From Acidimicrobiaceae bacterium (GTDB lineage Bacteria > Actinomycetota > Acidimicrobiia > Acidimicrobiales > Bog-793): a DNA stretch of 64,000 nucleotides. The notes beneath the pieces were generated by a model that saw only the letters and a list, made by a program, of their open reading frames with translations, ran no database searches and was not told where the DNA came from. Position 1 is the stretch's first letter. Each line of letters begins with the position of its first letter. Where the stretch lies: contig PLKG01000091.1 in NCBI GenBank assembly GCA_003140595.1, positions 3,647-67,646 on the forward strand, read 5' to 3'. Positions 8,730 through 17,703 of this stretch are shown here, piece by piece. Position numbers and translations under genes: made by a program.

Positions 8730-10239
8730 CCGGGACCTCGAACAGCTCCTGGAAGAGCTCCACCTTGCGCTGAAGCATCCAGCGCTCGAGCTCGGCGTCG
8801 CCCCGGGCGCTCACAACGATCTCGAGTTTCGTGCGGCTCGGCTCGACGCCGACGTGGCCGATGGCCTCGTCGTGTGCCGCGTCGAGACCATCCGCGATAC
8901 GCAGGAGCGAGAGGATCCTCAGCACCCGGTCGCGGTCGTTGGGCTCGAGAGTCTCCCAGGCGCGGAAGGACTCTCGCGGACGTCCTCTGACGTGGTAGCG
9001 GCCGAGGCACGACAGCATCTGGATCTCGACGGGTGAGAAGCCCTTCAAGCCGCCGTTCTCTATGAGATAGGCGCTGTGGCGCGCGTGGCCGTCGTGGCTC
9101 ACGTGCTCACCTATGTCGTGCAGCAGCGACGCGAGCTCGAGAAGCTCGCGATCGCCTCCGTCCAGCTCGTGCAAGCCGAGAGTCGAGTCGAACAGCTCGA
9201 GAGCCAGTCTCGCGACCTGGCGGGAATGGGTCTCGGGCCACCTCGAACGGTGGCACAGCGACAGGACCGAGGCACGACGGATCGCCCGCGGGTCGTTGCT
9301 GAACTCGACGCGGTCGTGCTTGGCGATCGTGGAGATGATGATCCCTTCGCGAAGCCCCCACTCCGACACGGTGAGCTCCTGCATGCCGGTCAGCTCCATG
9401 AGGACCTCGGTCACCGCGACGCCGGCGGGCAGGAGCTCGCAGCGTCGCGCTTCGATCCCGGCGAGCCGTGAGCGTTCCCAGCTCGGCAGCTCGTAGATGA
9501 TCTCGCCCAGTGCTGCGAGCTCGCGGACACTGACCGTCAGCTGGTTGACAGACGGTGGCACGATGCCGTCTCGGCGTGCCGCAGCACCCCTGGCAAGAGC
9601 ACAGAAGGTGCCAGATGTCCCGATCAGGAGCTTGGGTCCGCAGGCGAGGATGTCCTCGAGCACTTCGTCGAGCGACTCGGAGATCTTGTCCTTCAACCGT
9701 GCACGGTCCTTCTTGGTGGGCGGGTCGCCTCGCAGGTACTCGCTCGTGAGCCGCCCGACTCCAAGATGCAGGCTCAAGGCCAGGGTGAGGCCGAAGCGGT
9801 CGCCGACCGAGAGCTCGAGGCTTCCACCGCCCAAGTCCGCGCAGAGCGCCGGGCCCGGATCGATCAGCACGCTCGCCCGCACGGCCTCGAAAATCAGCTG
9901 CGCCTCGCGGATGCCACTGATTACCTCGATGGCGACACCTGTCGCCTCTTCAATCCGCTCGGCGACTTCCGGCCCGTTGACTGCCTGGCGCATTGCTGCA
10001 GTTGCCATGGCGACGATCTCATCGACTTGTTGCGCCTGTGCGATGGTCTTGAGCCGGCGGATCGTGTCGATCGCGGCACCGATCGCAGCTTCACTGAGCT
10101 GGCCTTCCCGCGCGACCGCATCGCCGAGCCGCAGCATCTCCTTTTCCCGCGCGAGCGGGACGAAGCTCCCGTCCGGCCTGGTTTCGACCACCAGCAGATG
10201 GAACGAGTTGCTACCCAGATCCAATGCGGCGATCCGCAC
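8656..10239 (-). CDS. ppx: Exopolyphosphatase / guanosine pentaphosphate phosphohydrolase (Ppx/GppA) with C-terminal HD domain
   Basis: N-terminal MRIAALDLGSNSFHLLVVE (ASKHA fold), DLGGGSLE, HD block LLHDIGEHVS. It lies 9 nt downstream of ppk. Confidence 0.88.
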   Translation of the reverse strand: MRIAALDLGSNSFHLLVVETRPDGSFVPLAREKEMLRLGDAVAREGQLSEAAIGAAIDTIRRLKTIAQAQQVDEIVAMATAAMRQAVNGPEVAERIEEATGVAIEVISGIREAQLIFEAVRASVLIDPGPALCADLGGGSLELSVGDRFGLTLALSLHLGVGRLTSEYLRGDPPTKKDRARLKDKISESLDEVLEDILACGPKLLIGTSGTFCALARGAAARRDGIVPPSVNQLTVSVRELAALGEIIYELPSWERSRLAGIEARRCELLPAGVAVTEVLMELTGMQELTVSEWGLREGIIISTIAKHDRVEFSNDPRAIRRASVLSLCHRSRWPETHSRQVARLALELFDSTLGLHELDGGDRELLELASLLHDIGEHVSHDGHARHSAYLIENGGLKGFSPVEIQMLSCLGRYHVRGRPRESFRAWETLEPNDRDRVLRILSLLRIADGLDAAHDEAIGHVGVEPSRTKLEIVVSARGDAELERWMLQRKVELFQELFEVPVSLEVVPTGPEEMQVLACEEAGLA

Positions 10240-10248
10240 GACCGCGGA

Positions 10249-12354
10249 TCAGCTCACTGGTTCGGGCGAGCGACGCCTGCGGGCGCGGGCGACAGCGAGC
10301 TCTTGAAGCCGCTTTTGCGCGCTGAGCCCGAGGACGGGCACGACCCTCGTCCACGCCCCGTCGGGACCCAACTCCCAAGCGTTGGTGTCGTCGGCGAGAT
10401 TCAGCTCGAGGGTCTCTTCGAGCCGGGCCTGCAGCTCGAGGTCGAGCACCGGGACTAAGACCTCGATCCTGCGATCGAGATTCCGCTCCATCAAGTCGCC
10501 GGAACCGATCGTGTAGCGCACCTCACGCTCGCCGCCAGGGTCTCCGAAGCGGAAGATGCGGGAGTGCTCCAAAAAGCGCCCCATTATCGAGCGCACAGTT
10601 ATGCGTTCGGACAGCCCCGCCACCCCGGGCCGGAGGCAGCACACACCTCGCACCGAGAGATCGATCCGGACACCTGCCTGCGACGCGGCGTAGAGAGCGT
10701 CGACGACCTCCGGGTCCGTGAGCCCGTTCACCTTGATGGTGATGCGGCCCGCCTCGCCTACGGCCGCCTCCTCGGCTATCTGGCCGAGGACCCAGGGTCT
10801 CATGGCCTGGGGAGCCACCACGATGCGACGGTGGGCGACCGGACGGCCGTACCCGGTCAGGTGGTTGAACAGGTCGGTCAGGTCCTCACCGATCGCGGGA
10901 TCGGCGGTGAACAGCCCGAGGTCCTCATAGACCTTCGCCGTCTCGGAGTTGTAGTTGCCGGTCCCAATGTGGCAGTAGCGACGCAGGCCGTCCTCCTCCC
11001 GCCGTACGACGAGAATGATCTTGGAGTGGGTCTTCAAACCCACGAGACCGTATACGACGTGCACACCCGCCCGTTCGAGCTGACGTGCCCAGAGGATGTT
11101 CGCCTGCTCGTCGAAACGGGCCTTCACCTCCACGAGCGCGGCGACCTGCTTGCCCTGCTCGGCCGCACGGACGAGCGCGGAGACGATAGCGGTGTCTTCG
11201 GAGGTGCGATAGAGGGTCTGCTTGATGGCGAGCACGTTCGGATCGTCGGCCGCCTGGGTGATGAACGCCTCGACCGAAGTCGTGAACGAGTCGTACGGGT
11301 GGTGAACGAGCACATTTCCCTCTCGCAGCACGGAGAACAAGTCGACGGGCCCGTCGCCGGCGCTCGCAAGCCGAGGTTGGGTCCTCGGCACCCAGGGAGC
11401 CTCGTGAAGATCTGCCCGGTCGATGGCGTGCAGTGCCCAGAGCTGGCCGAGGCCCAGGGGGGCCGAGCTTTCGTAGACGTCATCGGTCCCGAGCTCGAGC
11501 TCTTCCAGAAGCAGGTCGCGCACCTCCATCGGTGTTTCCTGGTCGACTTCGAGCCTGACCGCCCGACCGAACCGCCGGCGGCGAAGCTCGGTCTCGACCG
11601 CCGCGAGGAGGTCGTCGGCCTCGCTCTCCTCGAGATCGAGGTCCGCGTTGCGCGTGACCCGGAAGGCGTGGTGGCGCCCGATCTCCATGTGAGGGAAGAG
11701 CCTGGGCAGGTTCGCGGCTATCAGCTGTTCGAGGGCCACAAAGCGCGAACCACCGTTCAAGGGCACGAAACGGGGCAGAAGCGGCGGAACCTTCACCCGC
11801 GCGAACCGCTGCTCTCGAGTGCTCGGGTCCTCGACAAGAAGTGCCAGGTTGAGCGACAGGTTCGAGATGTAGGGGAACGGATGGCCCGGGTCCACCGCCA
11901 AGGGGGTGAGAACGGGGAAGATCTCCTTCTCGAAGACCCCGAGGACCCTCGCCTTCTCGGTCTCGTCGAGATCTTCGATGCTCGTGAAGTAAAGCCCCGC
12001 GGCGGCGAGACTGGGGACGATCGACGACTCGAACACCTCGTCGCTGCGCTGCATCAGTCGAATGCACTGCAGGCGGATGTCCCCGAGCTGCTGCGAGGCG
12101 GTTCGCCCGTCCGCTGAACGCCCACGAAGGCCAGCCGCCACATGGTCTTTCAGGCCACCGACGCGCACCTGGAAGAACTCGTCGAGCCCCGAGGAGAGGA
12201 TCGCCACGAACTTCACACGCTCGAGAAGCGGGAGCGATGTGTCTGCTGCGAGATCGACGAGGCGATCGGCGAAGTCCAGCCAGGACAGCTCACGGTTGAG
12301 GAACCGGTCCGGGCGCCCCAAAGGGGTACCGGGCGTTATGACAGCGGCTTTCAC
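10249..12354 (-). CDS. ppk: Polyphosphate kinase 1
   Basis: RFLNRELSWLDFADRL, PLLERVKFVAILSSGLDEFFQVRV, KTHSKIILVVRRE (PLD-like HKD). 701 aa. Confidence 0.93.
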   Translation of the reverse strand: MKAAVITPGTPLGRPDRFLNRELSWLDFADRLVDLAADTSLPLLERVKFVAILSSGLDEFFQVRVGGLKDHVAAGLRGRSADGRTASQQLGDIRLQCIRLMQRSDEVFESSIVPSLAAAGLYFTSIEDLDETEKARVLGVFEKEIFPVLTPLAVDPGHPFPYISNLSLNLALLVEDPSTREQRFARVKVPPLLPRFVPLNGGSRFVALEQLIAANLPRLFPHMEIGRHHAFRVTRNADLDLEESEADDLLAAVETELRRRRFGRAVRLEVDQETPMEVRDLLLEELELGTDDVYESSAPLGLGQLWALHAIDRADLHEAPWVPRTQPRLASAGDGPVDLFSVLREGNVLVHHPYDSFTTSVEAFITQAADDPNVLAIKQTLYRTSEDTAIVSALVRAAEQGKQVAALVEVKARFDEQANILWARQLERAGVHVVYGLVGLKTHSKIILVVRREEDGLRRYCHIGTGNYNSETAKVYEDLGLFTADPAIGEDLTDLFNHLTGYGRPVAHRRIVVAPQAMRPWVLGQIAEEAAVGEAGRITIKVNGLTDPEVVDALYAASQAGVRIDLSVRGVCCLRPGVAGLSERITVRSIMGRFLEHSRIFRFGDPGGEREVRYTIGSGDLMERNLDRRIEVLVPVLDLELQARLEETLELNLADDTNAWELGPDGAWTRVVPVLGLSAQKRLQELAVARARRRRSPEPVS

Positions 12355-12377
12355 GACCCAGACGCTACCGTGAAGTC

Positions 12378-13907
12378 GTGCAGCCCCTCGCCATAGGACC
12401 GAGGGTCAAACAGCGTCGCCGGAGCGAGCTCGGTCTCCTGCTCGTCGCTGTCGTCGTGATCACGCTCGCGTACCTGCTGGCCTCACTCGGAACCCGCGAC
12501 GATCTTCCTCCCAATGCATTGAGATTCATAGGCATCACTGTGGCTCTGGCACTGGTCGTCCACCTGGCCAATCGTTTCCTCGCCCCGCAAGGCGACCCGG
12601 TCATGATGCCGGTCGTCCTCATGTTGAACGGCATCGGCTTTGTGATGATCTACCGGCTCGACGTCTCACCGCAGGTGGCCGCCGTCGCGTCATGGCACTA
12701 CCAGGCGGCCTGGACGGCACTCGGTGTCGTGGCCTATGTCGTCACTCTGTTCGTCATCCGCCGTTCGCGCGACCTTGAGCGCTACCGCTACATGCTCGTG
12801 TTCGGCGCCCTCATCCTTCTCGTTCTGCCGCTCGCGCCGTATCTCGGCAGAACCTCCGAAGCCCAGTTGAACGGGGTCAAGCTCTGGATTCACGTCGGCC
12901 CGATCACCTTTCAGCCCGTCGAGATAGCAAAGCTCATGCTTGTGGTCTTCTTCGCCTCGTACTTCGTGGAAAAGCGCGAGATGCTCTCCCTGTCGACAAG
13001 GCGCGTCGGCAACCGGCTCATGCCAGATCTTCGTCCTCTCGGTCCGATCGCCGTCGCGTGGGTCGTCGCCGTGCTCGTGATCCTCCTCGAACACGACATC
13101 GGCTTCTCTCTCCTGCTGTTTGTGATGTTCATAACCATGTTATGGGTCGTAACCGGGCGTTGGACCTATGTCGTGGGCGGGCTGGTCGCGTTCGTCGCCG
13201 GTACGTACCTGGCCGCGCACCTGCCATTCGCCAAGACCCTGATCGACCAACGGGTGGGCGCATGGATCAATCCCTGGGCTCACTACAGCTCCTACGGATA
13301 CCAGACCGTCCAGGGAGAGTTCGCGCTCGGACGAGGCGGCCTGACCGGATCGGGGCTAGGTCTTGGCACTCCTTATGACATCCCCGTCGCTTACAGCGAC
13401 TTCATCTTCGCCGCCATAGGCGAAGAGCTCGGCCTGTTGGGCACGACAGCGGTGGTCGTCGGCTTCTTGCTCGTGGTGGGCGCCGGAATCAGAGCCGCGA
13501 CGCGGGCCCGTTCAGAGTTCTCGCAGCTCGCCGCGGTCGGTTTCACCGCGATCCTCGGGTTCCAGTCGTTCTTCATCATGGCGGGCGTGGTTCGCCTACT
13601 CCCACTCACAGGCGTGTCACTACCTTTCATCGGATATGGCGGCTCGTCGCTCGTGGCGAACTACGTGCTGGTGGCCTTGCTGATGCGCATCTCTGACGAA
13701 GGGGCCACTCCGCCCGGAGTCGCTGTCGGGTTGAGCCACCCGGCGACTCGACTGCGGCGACGCTTGCTCGTCGCTGCCCGCAGTGCCCCTGCCCCTGCTG
13801 CTAGCTATTGGACGAACGACGTGGGCGCGTGGTCAGACCGGCCTTCACCACAAAGCGACGGAGCAGACACGGACCAAGGTGGCCCACCGGCCCAAGCGCC
13901 GTCCTGA
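12378..13907 (+). CDS. SEDS-family peptidoglycan polymerase (FtsW/RodA/SpoVE family), with C-terminal tail
   Basis: GTG start. About 10 TM segments. Blocks: SDFIFAAIGEELGLLG, TGVSLPFIGYGGSSLVANY. It is not in a dcw cluster and no class B PBP lies next to it. Confidence 0.85.
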   Translation: MQPLAIGPRVKQRRRSELGLLLVAVVVITLAYLLASLGTRDDLPPNALRFIGITVALALVVHLANRFLAPQGDPVMMPVVLMLNGIGFVMIYRLDVSPQVAAVASWHYQAAWTALGVVAYVVTLFVIRRSRDLERYRYMLVFGALILLVLPLAPYLGRTSEAQLNGVKLWIHVGPITFQPVEIAKLMLVVFFASYFVEKREMLSLSTRRVGNRLMPDLRPLGPIAVAWVVAVLVILLEHDIGFSLLLFVMFITMLWVVTGRWTYVVGGLVAFVAGTYLAAHLPFAKTLIDQRVGAWINPWAHYSSYGYQTVQGEFALGRGGLTGSGLGLGTPYDIPVAYSDFIFAAIGEELGLLGTTAVVVGFLLVVGAGIRAATRARSEFSQLAAVGFTAILGFQSFFIMAGVVRLLPLTGVSLPFIGYGGSSLVANYVLVALLMRISDEGATPPGVAVGLSHPATRLRRRLLVAARSAPAPAASYWTNDVGAWSDRPSPQSDGADTDQGGPPAQAPS

Positions 13908-13990
13908 GTCCGCATCCGGCTGACTGCGCCTGCAAAGACCGCGGCACCGCTGAACAACGCTTAACAGTGCAGACGTACTTCGCTGCTGAT

Positions 13991-14746
13991 CTAGTTCGCG
14001 CCCATCGGATCGGTGCCGGCGACCGCGAGCACGGTGGGGTCGGCCATGATGGGCACCGGCAGCGTGTGGCGAAGCGCGAGCGCGATCGCATCCGAAGGCC
14101 GGCAGTCGATCACGCGCATGCCCGACCGGCCGGAGATAACCATCTCGGCGGTAAACGCGCTACCGCGGACTTCGGTGATCCGGACCACGTCGAGTGTCAT
14201 CCCGAACTCCTCGAGGACATGAGCGAACAGTTCGTGCGTGAGCGGCCTCGGGGTCGCGAGCCCCCTCGCCGCGTAGCTGATGGCGATGCCCTCAGCCCCA
14301 CCGACGGGGATCCGCAACTCGCGGAAGGGTGCATCTGCCTCCTGAAGGACGACGACCGGGTGCGTCGCCGGCAGGAGGAGCACCACGTCGACGAACACCA
14401 TCTGCGACATCTCCGGCGGCGTGACCAGCGGGTCCGGCTCCTCGTCGGCAAACTCGTACGGCGCGACCGTCTCGTCGGGCTCAACGAGCCCCGGAGCTCG
14501 GTCGGTCGCGACCTGTCCGACATGGCCGTGCTCCTGCGGCTCTTGGAGCCCCGCGTCCTCGTCTTCGGGCCTGATAGCCCCGGACCGCTCGGGCTCTACC
14601 AGCTCGGCGTCGTCGGAGGTCAGTCCCACATCGAAGGCGAGCCCATCTCGGCTGTCGAGAACCGAACCGTCCCCGTTGGCGCGAGTCACCGCCTCCGACG
14701 CAGGCTCGGATTCGACGGCATCCTCGTCAGTGCCCATGGTGCTCAT
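13991..14746 (-). CDS. Bifunctional nuclease family protein (BFN/DUF151 domain) with acidic N-terminal extension
   Basis: C-terminal 140 aa: HPVVVLQEADAPFRELRIPVGGAEGIAISYAARGLATPRPLTHELFAHVL. ATG 14746..14744 overlaps the rodA stop (ATGA). The 112-aa D/E-rich N-terminal part has GC-rich third codon positions, so it is probably translated. The alternative start is MSQMVFVD. Confidence 0.75.
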   Translation of the reverse strand: MSTMGTDEDAVESEPASEAVTRANGDGSVLDSRDGLAFDVGLTSDDAELVEPERSGAIRPEDEDAGLQEPQEHGHVGQVATDRAPGLVEPDETVAPYEFADEEPDPLVTPPEMSQMVFVDVVLLLPATHPVVVLQEADAPFRELRIPVGGAEGIAISYAARGLATPRPLTHELFAHVLEEFGMTLDVVRITEVRGSAFTAEMVISGRSGMRVIDCRPSDAIALALRHTLPVPIMADPTVLAVAGTDPMGAN

Positions 14747-15864
14747 CGCCGGGCCAACCGGCGCATTTCGATATTGACCACGAGCCCGACCGTGGCGAAG
14801 AAGACGATCATGGCAGAGCCACCGTAGCTCACGAACGGGAGCGGGATACCGGCGATGGGGATGAGGCCGATGGTCATCCCGACATTCTGGAACACCGAGA
14901 AGGCGAGCAGCGCGAGCGCTCCCGAGCACAGCATCCGACCGAGGGGGTCCCTCGCGATCTGCGCGGCCCGCAGCAGCCGGAATGCGATCGCCCCGAACAG
15001 GGCGATGACTAACACTCCTCCCGCGAACCCGAGCTGCTCGCCGACGGCGGTGAAGATGAAGTCGGTCTGCTGAGCCGGGACGAAACCGCCATTGGTCGCG
15101 GCGCCGTGAAAGACACCAGTACCGAAGGCGCCTCCTGAAGCGATGGCCAGTATCGACTGGGCGAGATTCCAGTTGGCGCCGCTCGTCGCTGTGTTCTGGT
15201 GGAGAAACGAAGTGAAGCGCTGAAGCTCGTAGGCGTGGATCAGCTTGAAGTGAAGCGCCAGCGCAAGGCCTGCGATGCCCGCTACGGCCAAAACGAGGAG
15301 ATACCTGAGCCGCGCGCCCGAGGTCACGATCATGACAGCGAGCACGACGCTCATGATCAGCGCCGTCCCGAGGTCTGGCTGCTTGTAGACGAGCAGGATC
15401 GGTACCCCGGAAAGGGCGAGCACTACGGCGATGTTCCTCGGGAACATCGCCTCCTGACGGCTGCAGTACACCGCGACCACGAGGATCAGCGCAAGGGCGG
15501 CGAACTCCGACGGCTGCACCTCGAGCGGCCCAACCGCGAACCAGCGTTGCGCGCCGAGCGAGACGTGGCCGAAGTGGGTGAGCACGGCAAGCAGGCTGAG
15601 CACGACCAGGCCATAGATCACATAGGCCCACTGCTCGAGCCAGTGATAGTCGATCAGTGCCACGACGACCATGACTACCAGGCCGATCGCGAGCCAGATG
15701 AGCTGGCGTTTCAGGTAGAACTTCGGGTCTACCCCGGCTGCGGCCAGTTCGACACGCGTCGCCGAGTAGACCATGACCGCTCCAAGGAGCGAAAGAAGCA
15801 CGGCGCTGCCGACCAGGATGAAGTCACATCGGCTCACCAGATCCCAAGCCGGGTGCCTTTCCAT
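14743..15864 (-). CDS. rodA: SEDS-family peptidoglycan polymerase RodA
   Basis: ORF 14743..15990. Preferred start is ATG 15864 (MERHPAWDLV...), with GGAG 7 nt upstream. Blocks: TDFIFTAVGEQLGFAG, AGIPLPFVSYGGSAMI. Confidence 0.85.
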   Translation of the reverse strand: MERHPAWDLVSRCDFILVGSAVLLSLLGAVMVYSATRVELAAAGVDPKFYLKRQLIWLAIGLVVMVVVALIDYHWLEQWAYVIYGLVVLSLLAVLTHFGHVSLGAQRWFAVGPLEVQPSEFAALALILVVAVYCSRQEAMFPRNIAVVLALSGVPILLVYKQPDLGTALIMSVVLAVMIVTSGARLRYLLVLAVAGIAGLALALHFKLIHAYELQRFTSFLHQNTATSGANWNLAQSILAIASGGAFGTGVFHGAATNGGFVPAQQTDFIFTAVGEQLGFAGGVLVIALFGAIAFRLLRAAQIARDPLGRMLCSGALALLAFSVFQNVGMTIGLIPIAGIPLPFVSYGGSAMIVFFATVGLVVNIEMRRLARR

Positions 15865-16103
15865 ACGATGGCTCCATCGAGCCGGCACGCTCTGATAGTG
15901 GGCGGCCATCACCGGCAAGGATAACGGGGACGGCCCCTCAACCCCCTTCGCCATCGCCTGAGCTCGCCATAGGTACCGTCTCCTGTGCACGGGTGCCTCC
16001 GGCAGATTCTCCGGATGTCTCTGCGCTCAGGCCTGCGGAACGACCGTGTCGAGCTGACCGACACCTCGCCACCTGGCCGCTCGAGCACGCCCGGCGGGAC
16101 CGG

Positions 16104-17168
16104 TCACTCCGGTTCGTGCATCTCGCCGATCGGCTCTTCTGACGCCAACCGTGCCAGCTCCGTGGCGGCCTCGCGCGCCGCTGCGGTCCGGGCCTCGCCA
16201 CCGACGACCGACCACATGACCCCGAGCGGGGGCTCTGCCCCGGTCCACAACCTGATCTGACGCGCGGCCTGGTAGACGAGCATCCCGAGACCGTTCCTGA
16301 CAGTCGCACCCTGGCTCTCAGCCGCCGCCAGGAAAGGCGTCAGCGGCGGGTCGTACACGAGATCCACCACGAGTTGGCCGGCACCGAACCACAAGGGGTC
16401 GACCCCGGCGACTATGGCCGATTCCGCCTCGGCCGGTCCGGCGGATTCAGCGGGAGCCACGAGATCGGTCCGTCTCCCAGCTCGGGCGGGCGCGGCAAGC
16501 TCACCTGGTGCGGCCTCCTCTACACGACCCCCGTTCACCATGGCGGCGGGGGTCGCTTGAACGACCAGGTCCATCCCCCGGAGCTCGTCTGGCCGCCCGA
16601 CCCTCACCACCTGGGGGGCCAACGCCGCGGCACGCCACGCCGGTGCCGCGGTCCTGTTCACGACGAGGATCTCTTCCGCGCCCGCCTCTGCGAGGCCCAG
16701 CACTGCCGCCCGGCCGGCCCCACCGGCACCGATCACTCCGCAGCGCCGGCCGGCCGGATCGAATCCCAGGTTCTCCCGAAGATCATCCAGCAGGCCGGCT
16801 CCGTCGAAGCTCTCCGCATGAATCGTCCCCGCGTCGAAGCTCAGCGTGTTCGCAGCCCCTAGGCGGCGCACCTGGCGAGAGCGACGGGTCGCCAGCCGGG
16901 CGACGCCATCCTTGTGTGGCATCGTGACCGAAAGGCCCCGGACCCCGAGAGCAACAGCGCCGGTGATCGCTCTGTCCAGCGATCCGGGCACGACTTCGAA
17001 CGCGACGTAGGTCCAGTCGAGGCCCATGGCGGCAAAGGCCGCATTCTGCAGCGACGGCGAGAGCGAATGGCGGACCGGGAACCCGATGACTCCCACAACC
17101 GTGGTGGTCGAAACGGGCCAGGCGGCCATCGGACGTGCACTTGGCGTCATATCGGCCAACTGGCTCAT
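16104..17168 (-). CDS. aroE: Shikimate dehydrogenase AroE (longer than usual: Ala/Pro/Glu-rich insertion and C-terminal tail)
   Basis: GFPVRHSLSPSLQNAAF, GAGGAGRA NADP motif, MLVYQAARQIRLWTG. ATGA junction with ruvX. Confidence 0.85.
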   Translation of the reverse strand: MSQLADMTPSARPMAAWPVSTTTVVGVIGFPVRHSLSPSLQNAAFAAMGLDWTYVAFEVVPGSLDRAITGAVALGVRGLSVTMPHKDGVARLATRRSRQVRRLGAANTLSFDAGTIHAESFDGAGLLDDLRENLGFDPAGRRCGVIGAGGAGRAAVLGLAEAGAEEILVVNRTAAPAWRAAALAPQVVRVGRPDELRGMDLVVQATPAAMVNGGRVEEAAPGELAAPARAGRRTDLVAPAESAGPAEAESAIVAGVDPLWFGAGQLVVDLVYDPPLTPFLAAAESQGATVRNGLGMLVYQAARQIRLWTGAEPPLGVMWSVVGGEARTAAAREAATELARLASEEPIGEMHEPE

Positions 17169-17668
17169 GAGTCATCCCGATTCTGGTCAAGCCATGACTG
17201 GAGAAGCACGGTCGCAGCCACAGCATCGATCCCGACCCGGCGCGCACGCCTGGCGGCGCTCGGACGGACCGGTCGAGCTTGTGAGCGGCCCCGCCATCCA
17301 CCGCGGGAGGCGACCGTTTCGGCAGGCAAACGACGGAGGCGGTCCGCTTCGACCGTCGTCAAGCGCTCATCGTGCAAGACCACGGGCACATCGAGCTCTG
17401 CCCGGAGCGCTGACGCCTCGGACGCAGCAGCGGACGCCGCGCGACCCCGATCACCCGCCAGAGTCAGAGGAAGCCCCACGACGACCAGGCCGGCATCGAA
17501 CTGCGACACGAGAGCGGCGATCGCCTGGCGATCCGCGCTCATGTCCCCGCTTCTAGCGATCACCGAGTGCGGAGTCGCCAGCACACGCTGCGAGTCGCTG
17601 ACCGACACGCCGATTCGCCGCTCCCCAAGGTCGATCCCGACCACTCGAGTTCCCACCGACGACCCCAT
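17165..17668 (-). CDS. ruvX: Holliday junction resolvase-like nuclease RuvX (YqgF)
   Basis: VVGIDLGERRIGVSVSD, HDERLTT. Conserved position downstream of alaS. Confidence 0.85.
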   Translation of the reverse strand: MGSSVGTRVVGIDLGERRIGVSVSDSQRVLATPHSVIARSGDMSADRQAIAALVSQFDAGLVVVGLPLTLAGDRGRAASAAASEASALRAELDVPVVLHDERLTTVEADRLRRLPAETVASRGGWRGRSQARPVRPSAARRARRVGIDAVAATVLLQSWLDQNRDDS

Positions 17669-17703
17669 CGTCAGTCGCCGCCTGCGCGTGGTTCATCCAT
17701 CGG

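Noticed and set aside
10564-12117. 517-aa plus-strand ORF
   Set aside because: It is entirely antisense to polyphosphate kinase, whose identity is unambiguous. Its Arg/Pro/Gly/His-rich composition is typical of shadow ORFs in GC-rich DNA, and it has no recognisable motifs.
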